This document shows positions 44,056 to 53,491 of a DNA stretch of 64,000 nt, one piece after another (the first letter of the stretch is position 1; every line of letters starts with the position of its first letter). The notes under the pieces are model-generated. The model worked only from the letters and a program-made list of their open reading frames with translations, was not told where the DNA came from and did no database searches. Origin of the DNA: an uncultured Gammaproteobacteria bacterium. Lineage in GTDB: Bacteria; Pseudomonadota; Gammaproteobacteria; Arenicellales; JAANXG01. The DNA lies in assembly GCA_947259175.1 (NCBI GenBank), contig CAMYKW010000004.1:79403-143402 (forward strand), given 5' to 3'. The translations under genes and the position numbers were made by a program.

Positions 44056-47000
44056 ATGAACAACAACGCCGGTGAGCAGCGCGACGTCGCGCAGTTGAAT
44101 CGAGAAGGCGAAAACCTGTTCCAGGACGGCGATATCGCCGGCGCAATGGCCAAATTCGAGCTGGCGCTGACGGTGGATGATGCACATCCGGAGACTTTGA
44201 ATAACCTCGGCGTCGGCCATCTGCACCTCGGCGATACCGAGCGCGCGCTGCAGTGTCTGGCGCGGGGGTTGGAATCGCACCCGCAAAATCGCGAGCTGCT
44301 GACCAATGCTTGCACCGTACTCCGCGAGCTGGGGTATGACCGGGATGCGGAGATACTCGAGCTTGGTGTCGAGGCCCTCAGCCGTGGAGATACGGACACA
44401 TGTTGGGCGCCCGGCGAACAGGCACGGGACTTCGTGGCCGGTTTGGCGCCCCTGGGCGCACGGCCGTTGGTGTCGGTGGTCGTCATTGCCGACAGCGGTT
44501 TGGCGGCCATGCAAAGCGCCTTGGGTACACTGGCCGCGCAGAGCTATGACAACTGGGAGGCGGTGATTATTTCCAGTCACCGTGAGGCAGCCGCGCTGCG
44601 GGACCGTCGTCACGCCCCGGACGCGCGAATTCGTTACCATGAGACGCGTGCCGACAACCCCGCCGGCGCCCGCAACGACGCCTTGCGCGCGGCGCAGGGG
44701 GAGGTGATCTGTTATCTCAACGATACCGAATTGTTCCTGCCCCACCATCTGTCCACGGTCGTCGCTGCGTTGCGGGAGCGTGCAGTCCCGTTTGTTTACA
44801 CCGATGCGCAGGTGGTGCACGGTGTGGCCGCAGACGGAGCGTGCGAAGCGCTGTTCACCGATCAGGTGTCGAGCGACGCGGAGTTTTGTCGGGACCGGAT
44901 TCTGGTCGACAACCCGATATCCATCGCGACCTGGGCGCACCGAGCCGGATTTGTCGAAAGCCTGGGCGGTTTCGATGAGTCGCTGCGGGCGTGCGAGGAT
45001 TGGGATCTACTGCTGCGATTCAGCGGCCACCGCCCACCGGTGCACGTCCCCCGCGTGAGCGTGCAGATCCGGCGTCAAGGCGGCGCGGTGGACCTGGCGC
45101 GGACCGCCCTCCCAGGGCATCTCGCGGACGGCGTCGTCGATATCCTGTACCGACGCTATCCGGTGACCGCGCCGGCGTTACAGCGGGCGAGGAATGCCCG
45201 GTTACGGCAGTTGGCGCACGAGCGGCGGCGCCAAAGCGCGGACTCGCCGTACGTGCGCATGGACGAATTGTACCCGTTATGGGTCGAGAAACATCAGCTG
45301 TCCGAGGCGGACGGAGAGATTCTCGCTGAACGGATGATGACCGACTGGAGTCACCAGCCGACCATTGAGATTTTGATGGTTGCCGAACCGGGCGATGAGT
45401 CCCGCATGTGCGACACCGCGGTTAGCCTGCGTCGTCAGTTATATGGCCAGTGGCGTTTGACGGTGATTTGCCCCGAACCGATGACCCCATGCCCTGGGCT
45501 GCCTCAAGCCCGGTTCCGCGCGATCGTCCATCGCGGCGATCCAACGGCGGCGTTGAACAGCGTGGCCAAGGGCACCGCGCGGGACTGGATCGCGCTCATC
45601 GACCCCGGCGACCTCCTGCCGCCCCACGCGCTGTTTGCCTGCGCCGACTACATCAGACTCCATCCAAACTGGCGGTTGCTGTACACCGACGAGGACTGTA
45701 TCGACCCGGCGGGCAATCGTTTTGATCCTAAATTCAGACCGGATATCAATATGGACTTGTTGCGGTCCACCGCCTACACCGGACCTTTCTGCTTGGTGCG
45801 TGCCGATGCGTGGCGGGCGTTGGCGGGCGTCACCACGGTCGATGACAGTAAGACTTACGACTTGACGCTAAAGGTCGTGGATCGGTTTGGGGAGGACGGC
45901 GTCGGGCACATCGCCGATGTGCTGTATCACCGCCGGCGCGGTAAACGCACAAACGACGACGGCGAGATCCGCCGCGGCGAGCTGCGCGCGCTCAAAAATC
46001 ATTTCGAGCGCAATGGGATTGGCGCCGACGTCGAACCCGGCTATCTGCAGGGCACCCATTTCATCACCTACCGGCACGATCAATCCCAGCCGCTGGTGTC
46101 CATCATCGTCCCGACGCGCGACAAATTGGAGTACCTGCGTCCCTGTGTCACCAGCGTCTTGGATAAGACCCGTTATGAGTCGTACGAGCTGATCATCGTC
46201 GACAACGGCAGCGACGATCCGCAAACCCTCGAATTTCTTGATGAACTGGAGGGCGCGCATCGACACGTTCGCGTGCTTCGCTATCCACATCCGTTCAATT
46301 ACGCCGAGATCACCAATTGGGCGGCGGTTCAGGCCCGGGGTGATTACCTGTTGCTGCTGAACAACGATACCCATGTAGTGCACGACAACTGGCTCGGGCG
46401 GATGGTGAACCAGGGAATGCGTAGCGAGGTGGGTGTGGTCGGCGCGCGCCTGGTATTCGCGGATATGCGCTTACAGCATGCCGGGGTGGTGACCGGCATA
46501 CATGATATTGCCGACCATGTGTTTCTCAAACTGCCCATGGATGAACCCGGTCACTTGGGCCGGGCGCAGTGCGTACAGAATTACTCGGCGGTAACCGCGG
46601 CTTGCATGCTGGTGCGCAAATCGGTATTCCTTGAGGTCGGGGGGATGGACCAAGCCGAACTTGCGGTGCTGTACAACGATGTGGACCTGTGCCTGAAGAT
46701 CGGCGCGCGGGGGTTGAAAGTGGTGTGGACGCCCTACGCGACTCTGATACACCACGGTTCGCGCAGTATCCGCGAATACAACGACAAATCGGATCTTCTG
46801 CAGCGTAAATCGGAGGCCCACTGCATGGTGCGCAGGTGGTTGCCGCGGCTTGCCCGGGATCCTGCGTACAACCGCAACCTGACGCTGAAGCACTGCGATG
46901 CGCGTGTGGAAACCCAGGTCGACGTGAGCTGGGACCCGAGTTTCCACGACCGGCCGCGGGTGATGGCGTTTCCGTTTCATCGCTGGGGTTCGGGTGAATA

Positions 47001-47976
47001 CCGGGTACGCGCGCCGGTGCGCGCGCTGCACGATGCCGGTCGCATTCAATATGCGTTGATGCCCTTGAACAACACGCGACGGGCGCCCCATCTGTGCGAG
47101 CTGGAGCGGGTGGCGCCGGATGTCCTGCTGATGCACAACACCCTGCATGACGAGTACCTGAAACTTCTGCCGCTGTACAAGCAATACAATTCCGCTTACC
47201 GCGTGTTGGGTCAGGATGATCTGATAAGTGCATTGCCCCCGAAAAATCCTTATCGGAAAACGGTGTATCCGGACATAGAGCAACGCATCCAACGCGCCTT
47301 GGAATGCTGCGATCGTCTGCTGGTTAGCACGGAACCGTTGGCGCAGGCGTTCGCAGGGATGATTGAAGACATTGTGGTGTTGCCGAATTACCTCGAGCGT
47401 GCGCGATGGGGCCGGTTGCGCTCCGCGAGGCGTCGCGGCGCGCGGCCGCGCATCGGTTGGGCGGGTGCGCAGCAGCATCAAGGTGATCTGGAGTTGCTGA
47501 TCGAAGTCGTGCGGGCCACCCGCGACGAAGCGGATTGGGTGTTCATGGGCATGTGCCCGGAACAGATCCGGCCGTGGTGTGCGGAGTATCATGACGGTGT
47601 GACTATCGACCGCTATCCACAGGTGCTTGCGTCTCTGGATCTCGATCTCGCCGTGGCGCCGCTCGAGGTCAACGCGTTCAACGAGGCGAAAAGCAACCTG
47701 CGGCTGCTGGAGTACGGCATCCTGGGATGGCCGGTGGTGTGCACCGACATCTTTCCCTATCGCGACGCACCGGTGTGCCGCGTCGCCAACACCCCCGGCG
47801 CGTGGATCGACGCGCTGCGCGAGCGCATCCACGATCTCGAGGCCGCGGCGCGGGAGGGCGATGCGCTCAGGCGCTGGGTTCGCGAGCGCTGGATGCTGGA
47901 CGATCACCTCGATGAATGGATGGCGGCGCTGCTGCCGGGGCAGGGCATGGCCTGTGCTCGGGATGTGCGCGGCTAA
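44056..47976 (+). CDS. TPR-containing multidomain glycosyltransferase, likely flagellin glycosyltransferase; paralog of 15784-21105
   Basis: 1306 aa. TPR-like N-terminus (AMAKFELALTVDDAHPETLNNLGVGH). GT2-like modules are AAQSYDNWEAVII and VSIIVPTRDK..LIIVDNGSDD..LLLNNDT. The C-terminal module reads IGWAGAQQHQGD..LDLAVAPLE..NEAKSNLRLLEYGILGWPVVCTD. It is located between flgL and fliC. Confidence 0.8.
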   Translation: MNNNAGEQRDVAQLNREGENLFQDGDIAGAMAKFELALTVDDAHPETLNNLGVGHLHLGDTERALQCLARGLESHPQNRELLTNACTVLRELGYDRDAEILELGVEALSRGDTDTCWAPGEQARDFVAGLAPLGARPLVSVVVIADSGLAAMQSALGTLAAQSYDNWEAVIISSHREAAALRDRRHAPDARIRYHETRADNPAGARNDALRAAQGEVICYLNDTELFLPHHLSTVVAALRERAVPFVYTDAQVVHGVAADGACEALFTDQVSSDAEFCRDRILVDNPISIATWAHRAGFVESLGGFDESLRACEDWDLLLRFSGHRPPVHVPRVSVQIRRQGGAVDLARTALPGHLADGVVDILYRRYPVTAPALQRARNARLRQLAHERRRQSADSPYVRMDELYPLWVEKHQLSEADGEILAERMMTDWSHQPTIEILMVAEPGDESRMCDTAVSLRRQLYGQWRLTVICPEPMTPCPGLPQARFRAIVHRGDPTAALNSVAKGTARDWIALIDPGDLLPPHALFACADYIRLHPNWRLLYTDEDCIDPAGNRFDPKFRPDINMDLLRSTAYTGPFCLVRADAWRALAGVTTVDDSKTYDLTLKVVDRFGEDGVGHIADVLYHRRRGKRTNDDGEIRRGELRALKNHFERNGIGADVEPGYLQGTHFITYRHDQSQPLVSIIVPTRDKLEYLRPCVTSVLDKTRYESYELIIVDNGSDDPQTLEFLDELEGAHRHVRVLRYPHPFNYAEITNWAAVQARGDYLLLLNNDTHVVHDNWLGRMVNQGMRSEVGVVGARLVFADMRLQHAGVVTGIHDIADHVFLKLPMDEPGHLGRAQCVQNYSAVTAACMLVRKSVFLEVGGMDQAELAVLYNDVDLCLKIGARGLKVVWTPYATLIHHGSRSIREYNDKSDLLQRKSEAHCMVRRWLPRLARDPAYNRNLTLKHCDARVETQVDVSWDPSFHDRPRVMAFPFHRWGSGEYRVRAPVRALHDAGRIQYALMPLNNTRRAPHLCELERVAPDVLLMHNTLHDEYLKLLPLYKQYNSAYRVLGQDDLISALPPKNPYRKTVYPDIEQRIQRALECCDRLLVSTEPLAQAFAGMIEDIVVLPNYLERARWGRLRSARRRGARPRIGWAGAQQHQGDLELLIEVVRATRDEADWVFMGMCPEQIRPWCAEYHDGVTIDRYPQVLASLDLDLAVAPLEVNAFNEAKSNLRLLEYGILGWPVVCTDIFPYRDAPVCRVANTPGAWIDALRERIHDLEAAAREGDALRRWVRERWMLDDHLDEWMAALLPGQGMACARDVRG

Positions 47977-48131
47977 AAGCCGCTCCCACAAAAGACCCTT
48001 AAAAAGTTTTTCGCAGACTAAATCGAGGAAGAATTTCCGGGACCATCGCTTACCGGGAAGTATCCACGGCGTGTCCCGGATATTCTCCCTTGATTCAGCC
48101 CCGCCTTGGATCGATTCCGCCAGCAAACCGC

Positions 48132-48158
48132 TAAAGTTTCCACCGCTCGTGCCGATGA
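48132..48158 (+). promoter_or_regulatory. sigma-28 (FliA) promoter for fliC
   Basis: TAAAGTTT-N11-GCCGATGA, about 115 nt upstream of the fliC ATG. Confidence 0.75.
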
Positions 48159-48273
48159 TGTATTCGAGGGCGGACGATTGCGATGGGAAACGAGTTATCC
48201 GTTGGTCGATCCGCATGGGTGTTGAAAGTGGATGTTATCCATTTTTGAATTTTAAACTTTGGGAGAATTTAGA

Positions 48274-49122
48274 ATGGCTTTAGTGATCAACTCAAACCTA
48301 GCATCGCTGAATGCCCAGCGGAATCTGGTCAACACGCAGATGGATTTGAGCCGTTCCCTGCAACGACTCTCTTCTGGGCTTCGTATCAACAGCGCGCGCG
48401 ACGATGCCGCCGGACTGTACGCCGTGGAAAAGATGTCAGCAGACATCCGCGGCATCAATCAGGCGGTGCGCAACGCCGCAGACGGCATCTCGCTGGCCCA
48501 GACCGCGGAAGGCGCGTTGGCGCAGATCGCCAACAACCTGCAGCGGATTCGGGAGATCGCCGTGCAGGCGGCGAACGACACGGTGGAGGACCGCACCGGT
48601 CTGCAAAAAGAGGTGGATCAGTTGACGCAGGAAATCTCGCGCATCGTCAAGACCACCGAGTTCAACAAAAAGGAGTTGCTAACCAACACCACCGCGTTGA
48701 AATTCCAGGTGGGTCAGGACGGCGATGCGGACAATCAGATCAGCGTCAAAGGCGTGGAATTGGATGTCGCGGGCTCTGGCGGCTTGCACGCCTATAACGG
48801 CACCCTGAGCGCGACCGGTGTGGTTGACGTGGATGATGCGGCCGGGGCGTCGGCGGCGCTGGCGAACATCGAGGACGACATCGAGAAGGTTGCCGAATCC
48901 CGCGCGACTTTCGGTGCGGTGCAGAACCGTTTCGACGCGGTGATTGCCAACTTGCAGAACTATTCCGAGAATCTCAATGCTGCGCGCAGCCGTGTCCAAG
49001 ACGCGGATTTCGCACAGGAAACAGCCAACCTCACGCGGGCGCAGATCCTGCAACAGGCCGGTGTGGCGATGCTTGCGCAAGCAAATTTCCAGCCGCAGTC
49101 GGTGTTGGCGTTGCTGCAGTAG
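48274..49122 (+). CDS. fliC: Flagellin (short, 282 aa)
   Basis: MALVINSNLASLNAQRNL at the N-terminus and LTRAQILQQAGVAMLAQANFQPQSVLALLQ at the C-terminus. GGGAGA SD. The ORF-track TTG start at 48259 is rejected. Confidence 0.95.
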   Translation: MALVINSNLASLNAQRNLVNTQMDLSRSLQRLSSGLRINSARDDAAGLYAVEKMSADIRGINQAVRNAADGISLAQTAEGALAQIANNLQRIREIAVQAANDTVEDRTGLQKEVDQLTQEISRIVKTTEFNKKELLTNTTALKFQVGQDGDADNQISVKGVELDVAGSGGLHAYNGTLSATGVVDVDDAAGASAALANIEDDIEKVAESRATFGAVQNRFDAVIANLQNYSENLNAARSRVQDADFAQETANLTRAQILQQAGVAMLAQANFQPQSVLALLQ

Positions 49123-49144
49123 TGAACCTGGTGGGTGATGAAAA

Positions 49145-49170
49145 GCGTCCGAGGCAGGGGCCTCGGACGC
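49145..49170 (+). terminator. Hairpin after fliC (attenuator/terminator)
   Basis: GCGTCCGAGGC-aggg-GCCTCGGACGC is a perfect 11-bp GC-rich stem 23 nt after the stop, with no clear U-tract. Confidence 0.5.
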
Positions 49171-49199
49171 CGAATCCACCCTCAAGAATGTAGGTGCCT

Positions 49200-49574
49200 A
49201 TGATGCCCATTCAAGGTCTAAATGGTGTCGGCGGTCCAAGCGTAACAAAGCTGGAGAACCGCCCCGAGGCGTCTGCGGCTGAACGGAAAGCGGCTGCAGA
49301 CGATCATGTGGCCATGGCGCAGAACAAGGAGAGTCAGAAGGCGCCAGTGGACGGTGATCGAGTGGATCGTGTCGTCGAGTCGCTGAACAATCTTGCGCAG
49401 TCGCTCAAGCGCAAGATCGAGTTCAGCATCAACGACGACACGGGTCAGACGGTGATCCGAATCGTCGATTCGGAGAATGATCAGGTGATCCGGCAGATAC
49501 CGCCCGAGGAAATGCTCCGCCTGGCGGAACACCTCAAAGACGCCCAGGGTCTCATTGTGGATTCCAAGGCGTGA
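49200..49574 (+). CDS. flaG: Flagellar protein FlaG
   Basis: IEFSINDDTGQTVIRIVDSENDQVIRQIPPEEMLRLAEHL is the typical FlaG C-terminus, positioned between fliC and fliD. Confidence 0.8.
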   Translation: MMPIQGLNGVGGPSVTKLENRPEASAAERKAAADDHVAMAQNKESQKAPVDGDRVDRVVESLNNLAQSLKRKIEFSINDDTGQTVIRIVDSENDQVIRQIPPEEMLRLAEHLKDAQGLIVDSKA

Positions 49575-49604
49575 TGATTACACTGCACGATCGGAGCATG
49601 ACCC

Positions 49605-50930
49605 ATGATTAGCGCACCCGGCGTTGGATCCGGTCTCGACGTAAACTCGATCATCAATCAATTGATGGCCATCGAGAGCCGGCCGCTGCTGCAGATCGAC
49701 AGCCGCGAGGGGGAATACAACGCCGAACTGAGTGCTTTGGGTCAGGTGAAGGGCGCCTTGTCATCATTCCAGGACGCGATGAGCGGCCTCGCGGACACCG
49801 CGAAATTCAACGTGTATTCGGCACTGAGCTCCGACGAAGACGTGCTCACCGCCAGCGCCACGAATTCAGCAGCCCCGGGCTCGTTCGCAATTCAGGTAAC
49901 GCAACTCGCACAGCACCACAAGATGGCGTCCAATCCGTTCGCCGACGAGGACACGGTGGTCACCGCCATCGCCGGCGCAAAGGCGACGATTGAAGTGGAC
50001 AGCGATAGTTTTGACGTCGTAATCCAGGACAAGACCCTGGCCGAGATACGCGACGCCATCAATCAGGCGGCCGACAATACCGGAGTGACCGCCACCATCA
50101 TCAACGAGGACCTGGGTACACGGCTGATCGTGACCGCCAATCAAACCGGCACGGCCAATGCCGTATCCATGTCGTTCACGGATGGTAACGATGCGCCGAT
50201 AGCCGACCCCCTGGGCATGGCCACCATCGCCGGCTCTGAAGCCCAGGATGCGCAACTGACCGTGGACGGTTTCAACGTCACGCGTTCGTCTAATGTCATT
50301 GACGACGTCATCGAAGGCGTCACGCTCAATCTGCACGATGAGGGTTCGGGACCGGTGACGTTGAACCTGGCCCGGGACAATGACGCCATCGTCGAGTCGG
50401 TGCAGGCGTTTGTCGACGCATACAACAACCTGCAGAACGTACTTTCCGATGTCGGTGCCGGTACGTTGTCCGGTGACGGTATTTTGCTGACCATTCAATC
50501 GCGCATATTGTCTGAATTCAACACACCCGCCGGCGGCGTGAGCAGCAGCTTCTCATACCTTTCGGAGGTCGGCGTTTCGATCCAGAAGGATGGGAAACTC
50601 GGGTTGGATAACGACAAAGTAAGCACGGCTCTGATTGATGACTTCAACGGCTTTGCGCAGCTGTTCGCGGACAGCAACGAGGGATTTGCGGTGCGCCTGG
50701 AGAGCCTCGCCGGGGCGATGATCGATGACGACGGGCTGCTCGACGTCCGCACGGATTCCCTCAATGACCGCATCGACGGCCTCGCCGACGACCGCGACGC
50801 CGTCGAGCGGCGATTGGATTCCACTGAGCAACGACTGCGCGCGCAGTTTGCGGCTCTCGACAGCTTACTGGGTCAGATGCAGGCGACCAGCAGTTTCCTG
50901 ACGCAGCAGCTATTCGGGCTGACGGGTTGA
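49605..50930 (+). CDS. fliD: Flagellar filament cap protein FliD
   Basis: ISAPGVGSGLDVNSIINQLMAIESRPL at the N-terminus and RLRAQFAALDSLLGQMQATSSFL at the C-terminus. Confidence 0.93.
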   Translation: MISAPGVGSGLDVNSIINQLMAIESRPLLQIDSREGEYNAELSALGQVKGALSSFQDAMSGLADTAKFNVYSALSSDEDVLTASATNSAAPGSFAIQVTQLAQHHKMASNPFADEDTVVTAIAGAKATIEVDSDSFDVVIQDKTLAEIRDAINQAADNTGVTATIINEDLGTRLIVTANQTGTANAVSMSFTDGNDAPIADPLGMATIAGSEAQDAQLTVDGFNVTRSSNVIDDVIEGVTLNLHDEGSGPVTLNLARDNDAIVESVQAFVDAYNNLQNVLSDVGAGTLSGDGILLTIQSRILSEFNTPAGGVSSSFSYLSEVGVSIQKDGKLGLDNDKVSTALIDDFNGFAQLFADSNEGFAVRLESLAGAMIDDDGLLDVRTDSLNDRIDGLADDRDAVERRLDSTEQRLRAQFAALDSLLGQMQATSSFLTQQLFGLTG

Positions 50931-51001
50931 GTGCGCGATCGTCGATGACGACATGATTGTTAATCTTTGAATGAATACAGTTTAGAGAAGAGGATGGCAC
51001 G

Positions 51002-51442
51002 ATGAATAACGCTTACGCAGCCGGTGTGGTCAAACAATACGAGCAAGTAGCCAAGCAGACAGCCGCCGTGTGCGACGACCCGCACCGTCTGGTGACCTTG
51101 CTGTTGGAGGGCGCCTTAGACCGCTTGTCGCTAGCCAAAGGGCATGCCGCGCAGAACGTGTTCCACGAAAAAGGCCGCCATATCCAGTCGGTGATGGCGA
51201 TCATCGACGGGTTGCGCATGAATCTGAATAAACAGGCCGGAGGCGAAATCGCTCAGAATCTGGACCAATTGTACGACTACATGAACCGCCGGTTACTCGA
51301 GGCGAATTTGAAAAACGATGTGTCGATGATGGACGAAGTGATCGGTCTTTTGAATGAGATCAAGGCCGGATGGATCGCCATTGGAAAGGGAAACGCGGTA
51401 AGCGGTGAAACTGCTTCCCGCGCAGAGGGTATCTCGCCGTGA
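51002..51442 (+). CDS. fliS: Flagellin chaperone FliS
   Basis: 146 aa reading PHRLVTLLLEGALDRLSLAKG..IQSVMAIIDGLRMNLN..AQNLDQLYDYMNRRL. Confidence 0.9.
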   Translation: MNNAYAAGVVKQYEQVAKQTAAVCDDPHRLVTLLLEGALDRLSLAKGHAAQNVFHEKGRHIQSVMAIIDGLRMNLNKQAGGEIAQNLDQLYDYMNRRLLEANLKNDVSMMDEVIGLLNEIKAGWIAIGKGNAVSGETASRAEGISP

Positions 51443-51789
51443 GCACAGAGGCAATCAACGAATCCGCCGGCGCGGCGCCTTACCAGTCCGCGTCATGGGA
51501 GGATGTATTGGCGATGACTCAAGAGATGCTGCATGCTGCGAAATCGGAGCTTTGGGAACGTGTCGGTGAATTGGAAGCGGCCCGCCATCCACTGTTACAC
51601 GCCGTCATGGATCGGCCGGTGACCGCCGCGGATGCGCGGACCGTCGCAGACAACATCCATTCCGTCGTCGACGCCGATAACGAGATCCAACAACTCGTTC
51701 GGGAGCGGCTCAGCGGCCTGCAGACGCAACTGACAGGTATGAGGAAGACCCGGCGCGCCAGCCTGGCGTACGCCCGCGGGAGCGTGTGA
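51439..51789 (+). CDS. fliT: FliT-like flagellar chaperone (putative)
   Basis: 116-aa helical protein overlapping the fliS stop by 4 nt. The call rests on position and size; motif support is weak. Confidence 0.45.
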   Translation: MSTEAINESAGAAPYQSASWEDVLAMTQEMLHAAKSELWERVGELEAARHPLLHAVMDRPVTAADARTVADNIHSVVDADNEIQQLVRERLSGLQTQLTGMRKTRRASLAYARGSV

Positions 51790-51805
51790 CGACGGTTGTT
51801 CTTTT

Positions 51806-53308
51806 TTATCCGGGATCGCCGTTGCCGGTGGAAGAATGCGCGTCACGCCCGGCAAGCGGTCGGGCCGCCGACGCGGCCTTGGATTCCCAGATCGTGATGC
51901 GCATGTCGTTTCCCGAGGTTGCCAGCCATCGGCCGTCGCGGGAAAACGCCACCGAGACCACCGATACCGTGTCACTATCGAGGTTCTGCATGAGCGCACC
52001 GGTTGCCGCATCCCAGACCCGCGCCTGTCCGTCTTCGGAACACGAGACCAGATAACGTCCATCCGGCGAGTAAGCAAGCGAGCGTATCGTAGCCGTATGC
52101 CCCGGAATACTGCGTTCCACGCGGCGCTGCGCTAGAGACCAGATACGAATGACTCGATCCGTTCCCGCCGAGGCGACGTAGCGCCCCTCGGGTGAGAACG
52201 TGACCGCGTTAACCGCACCGCTATGTCCTTTCAAGGCGGAGAGTTCCCGTCGATTGGGTGCGTGCCACAGGCGAATGGCGGCATCCTGTCCCCCGGAGAC
52301 CAGCATCTCGCCTCCGGGAGCGAACGCCAGCGCGCGTAATCGATGCTCGGCGGCCGGGAGTTGTGCGATACGAACGCCCGAAAACGGGTCCCATAAATTC
52401 ACCTGATTATCGGCGTCCAGGGAGGCAAGACTCAGACCGTCCGGGGAGAAGTGCACCTGGGCGACGCGATCCCGATGACCGAGAAAGGTCCGCACCTGTG
52501 CGCCGGTCTGCGGCTGCCACAACTTGATCGTGCGGTCCCAGCTCGACGACGCCAACCACATTCCGTCCGGGGAAAAGCTGATATCCGAGATGCGGTCGCT
52601 GTGACCGGTGAGGGTGTGCAGCACCTTCCCGGTTGCGGCATCCCACAGTCTGATCGTATGGTCGGCGCCGCCGGATGCGAGCCGGTCGCCGGCCGGGGAA
52701 AAGGCGACCGACAGGATCTCGCCTTTGTGTCCGGAAAGCGTGCGCGCCGGCGTGAAAATCGCGACTCGCGGTTTAGTTTGCTTCGCCGGCGCCGGCGTCG
52801 GCGGCTGCCGACGACCCGCGATGTCCTTGGCCGGCTGCTGCATCGTGCCGATGCGTGACCCGAGGTGCTCGACGCGGAAACTCAATTGGTCGAGGTGTCC
52901 GCTGAGCCGTTTGATTTCTTTGATGATCAGTTTTCGCTCTTCGGCGAGCAGTTGCAATCTTTCGATCAACGCGACCTCACTACCGCCCAACATGGCCTCG
53001 CCATCCCCGTTTCCGGCGGCGGCCCGTTCATTGATGCGCGTGCTCAAGGCCTCGAATTCGGTGTGTAGCGCGGCGACCACGGTGTTGTGTTCGTCCAGTT
53101 GTGCGCGCAGCAAGTTGTCCGTGGCGCGGCCGCGTATCGCCAGGGTAATCAGTATCGCCAGTATCGCGGCCACCGCCACCGATACCGCGATCGTAATCCA
53201 CGGAATGTCGGGCGCCGGTGGCACCGGTGGCGCGGGTTGCTCTTCGGATGTCAACGGTAAGTCCCCCAAGCTTGGTGATACTGACCCATCATCGCGCGAC
53301 ACCGTCAA
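51806..53308 (-). CDS. Membrane-anchored coiled-coil / seven-bladed WD40 repeat protein
   Basis: One TM segment WITIAVSVAVAAILAILITLAI followed by RGR, then about 90 aa of heptad-like sequence. Seven repeats follow, of the type GH..V.SVAFSPDG..LAS.S.D.TI.LWD. The start is TTG at 53308 or GTG at 53302, with no ATG available. Confidence 0.8.
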   Translation of the reverse strand: MTVSRDDGSVSPSLGDLPLTSEEQPAPPVPPAPDIPWITIAVSVAVAAILAILITLAIRGRATDNLLRAQLDEHNTVVAALHTEFEALSTRINERAAAGNGDGEAMLGGSEVALIERLQLLAEERKLIIKEIKRLSGHLDQLSFRVEHLGSRIGTMQQPAKDIAGRRQPPTPAPAKQTKPRVAIFTPARTLSGHKGEILSVAFSPAGDRLASGGADHTIRLWDAATGKVLHTLTGHSDRISDISFSPDGMWLASSSWDRTIKLWQPQTGAQVRTFLGHRDRVAQVHFSPDGLSLASLDADNQVNLWDPFSGVRIAQLPAAEHRLRALAFAPGGEMLVSGGQDAAIRLWHAPNRRELSALKGHSGAVNAVTFSPEGRYVASAGTDRVIRIWSLAQRRVERSIPGHTATIRSLAYSPDGRYLVSCSEDGQARVWDAATGALMQNLDSDTVSVVSVAFSRDGRWLATSGNDMRITIWESKAASAARPLAGRDAHSSTGNGDPG

Positions 53309-53344
53309 AAATACGGCGTTGCGCGGCGAAACGTAATAGAAATA

Positions 53345-53360
53345 TGCAAGTTTCAGACCA
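53345..53360 (-). promoter_or_regulatory. Candidate sigma-54 promoter for the WD40 gene
   Basis: The minus strand reads TGGTCT-GAAAC-TTGCA with GG-N10-GC spacing kept, about 38 nt upstream of the TTG at 53308. Confidence 0.35.
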
Positions 53361-53443
53361 GGAAAATATGATCTGGATCAAGTCCCGGCGCAACACGCGA
53401 ACGCGGTCGCCCCGGTGCACCGGCCTGCGGCCGGCGCGGTGGT

Positions 53444-53472
53444 TTGACACTTTTACATTCCCTTGCTATTAC
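53444..53472 (+). promoter_or_regulatory. sigma-70-type promoter for fleQ
   Basis: TTGACA-N17-TATTAC, leaving a leader of about 200 nt before the fleQ ATG. Confidence 0.55.
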
Positions 53473-53491
53473 AGAGTGTAGTGCGAAGTTT

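Noticed and set aside
48036-48080. An 8-bp inverted repeat, TCCGGGAC ... GTCCCGGA, with a 29-nt spacer between the TPR-GT stop and the fliC promoter.
   Set aside because: The stem is too short and the loop too long for a confident terminator or operator call. A chance occurrence is plausible in GC-rich DNA.
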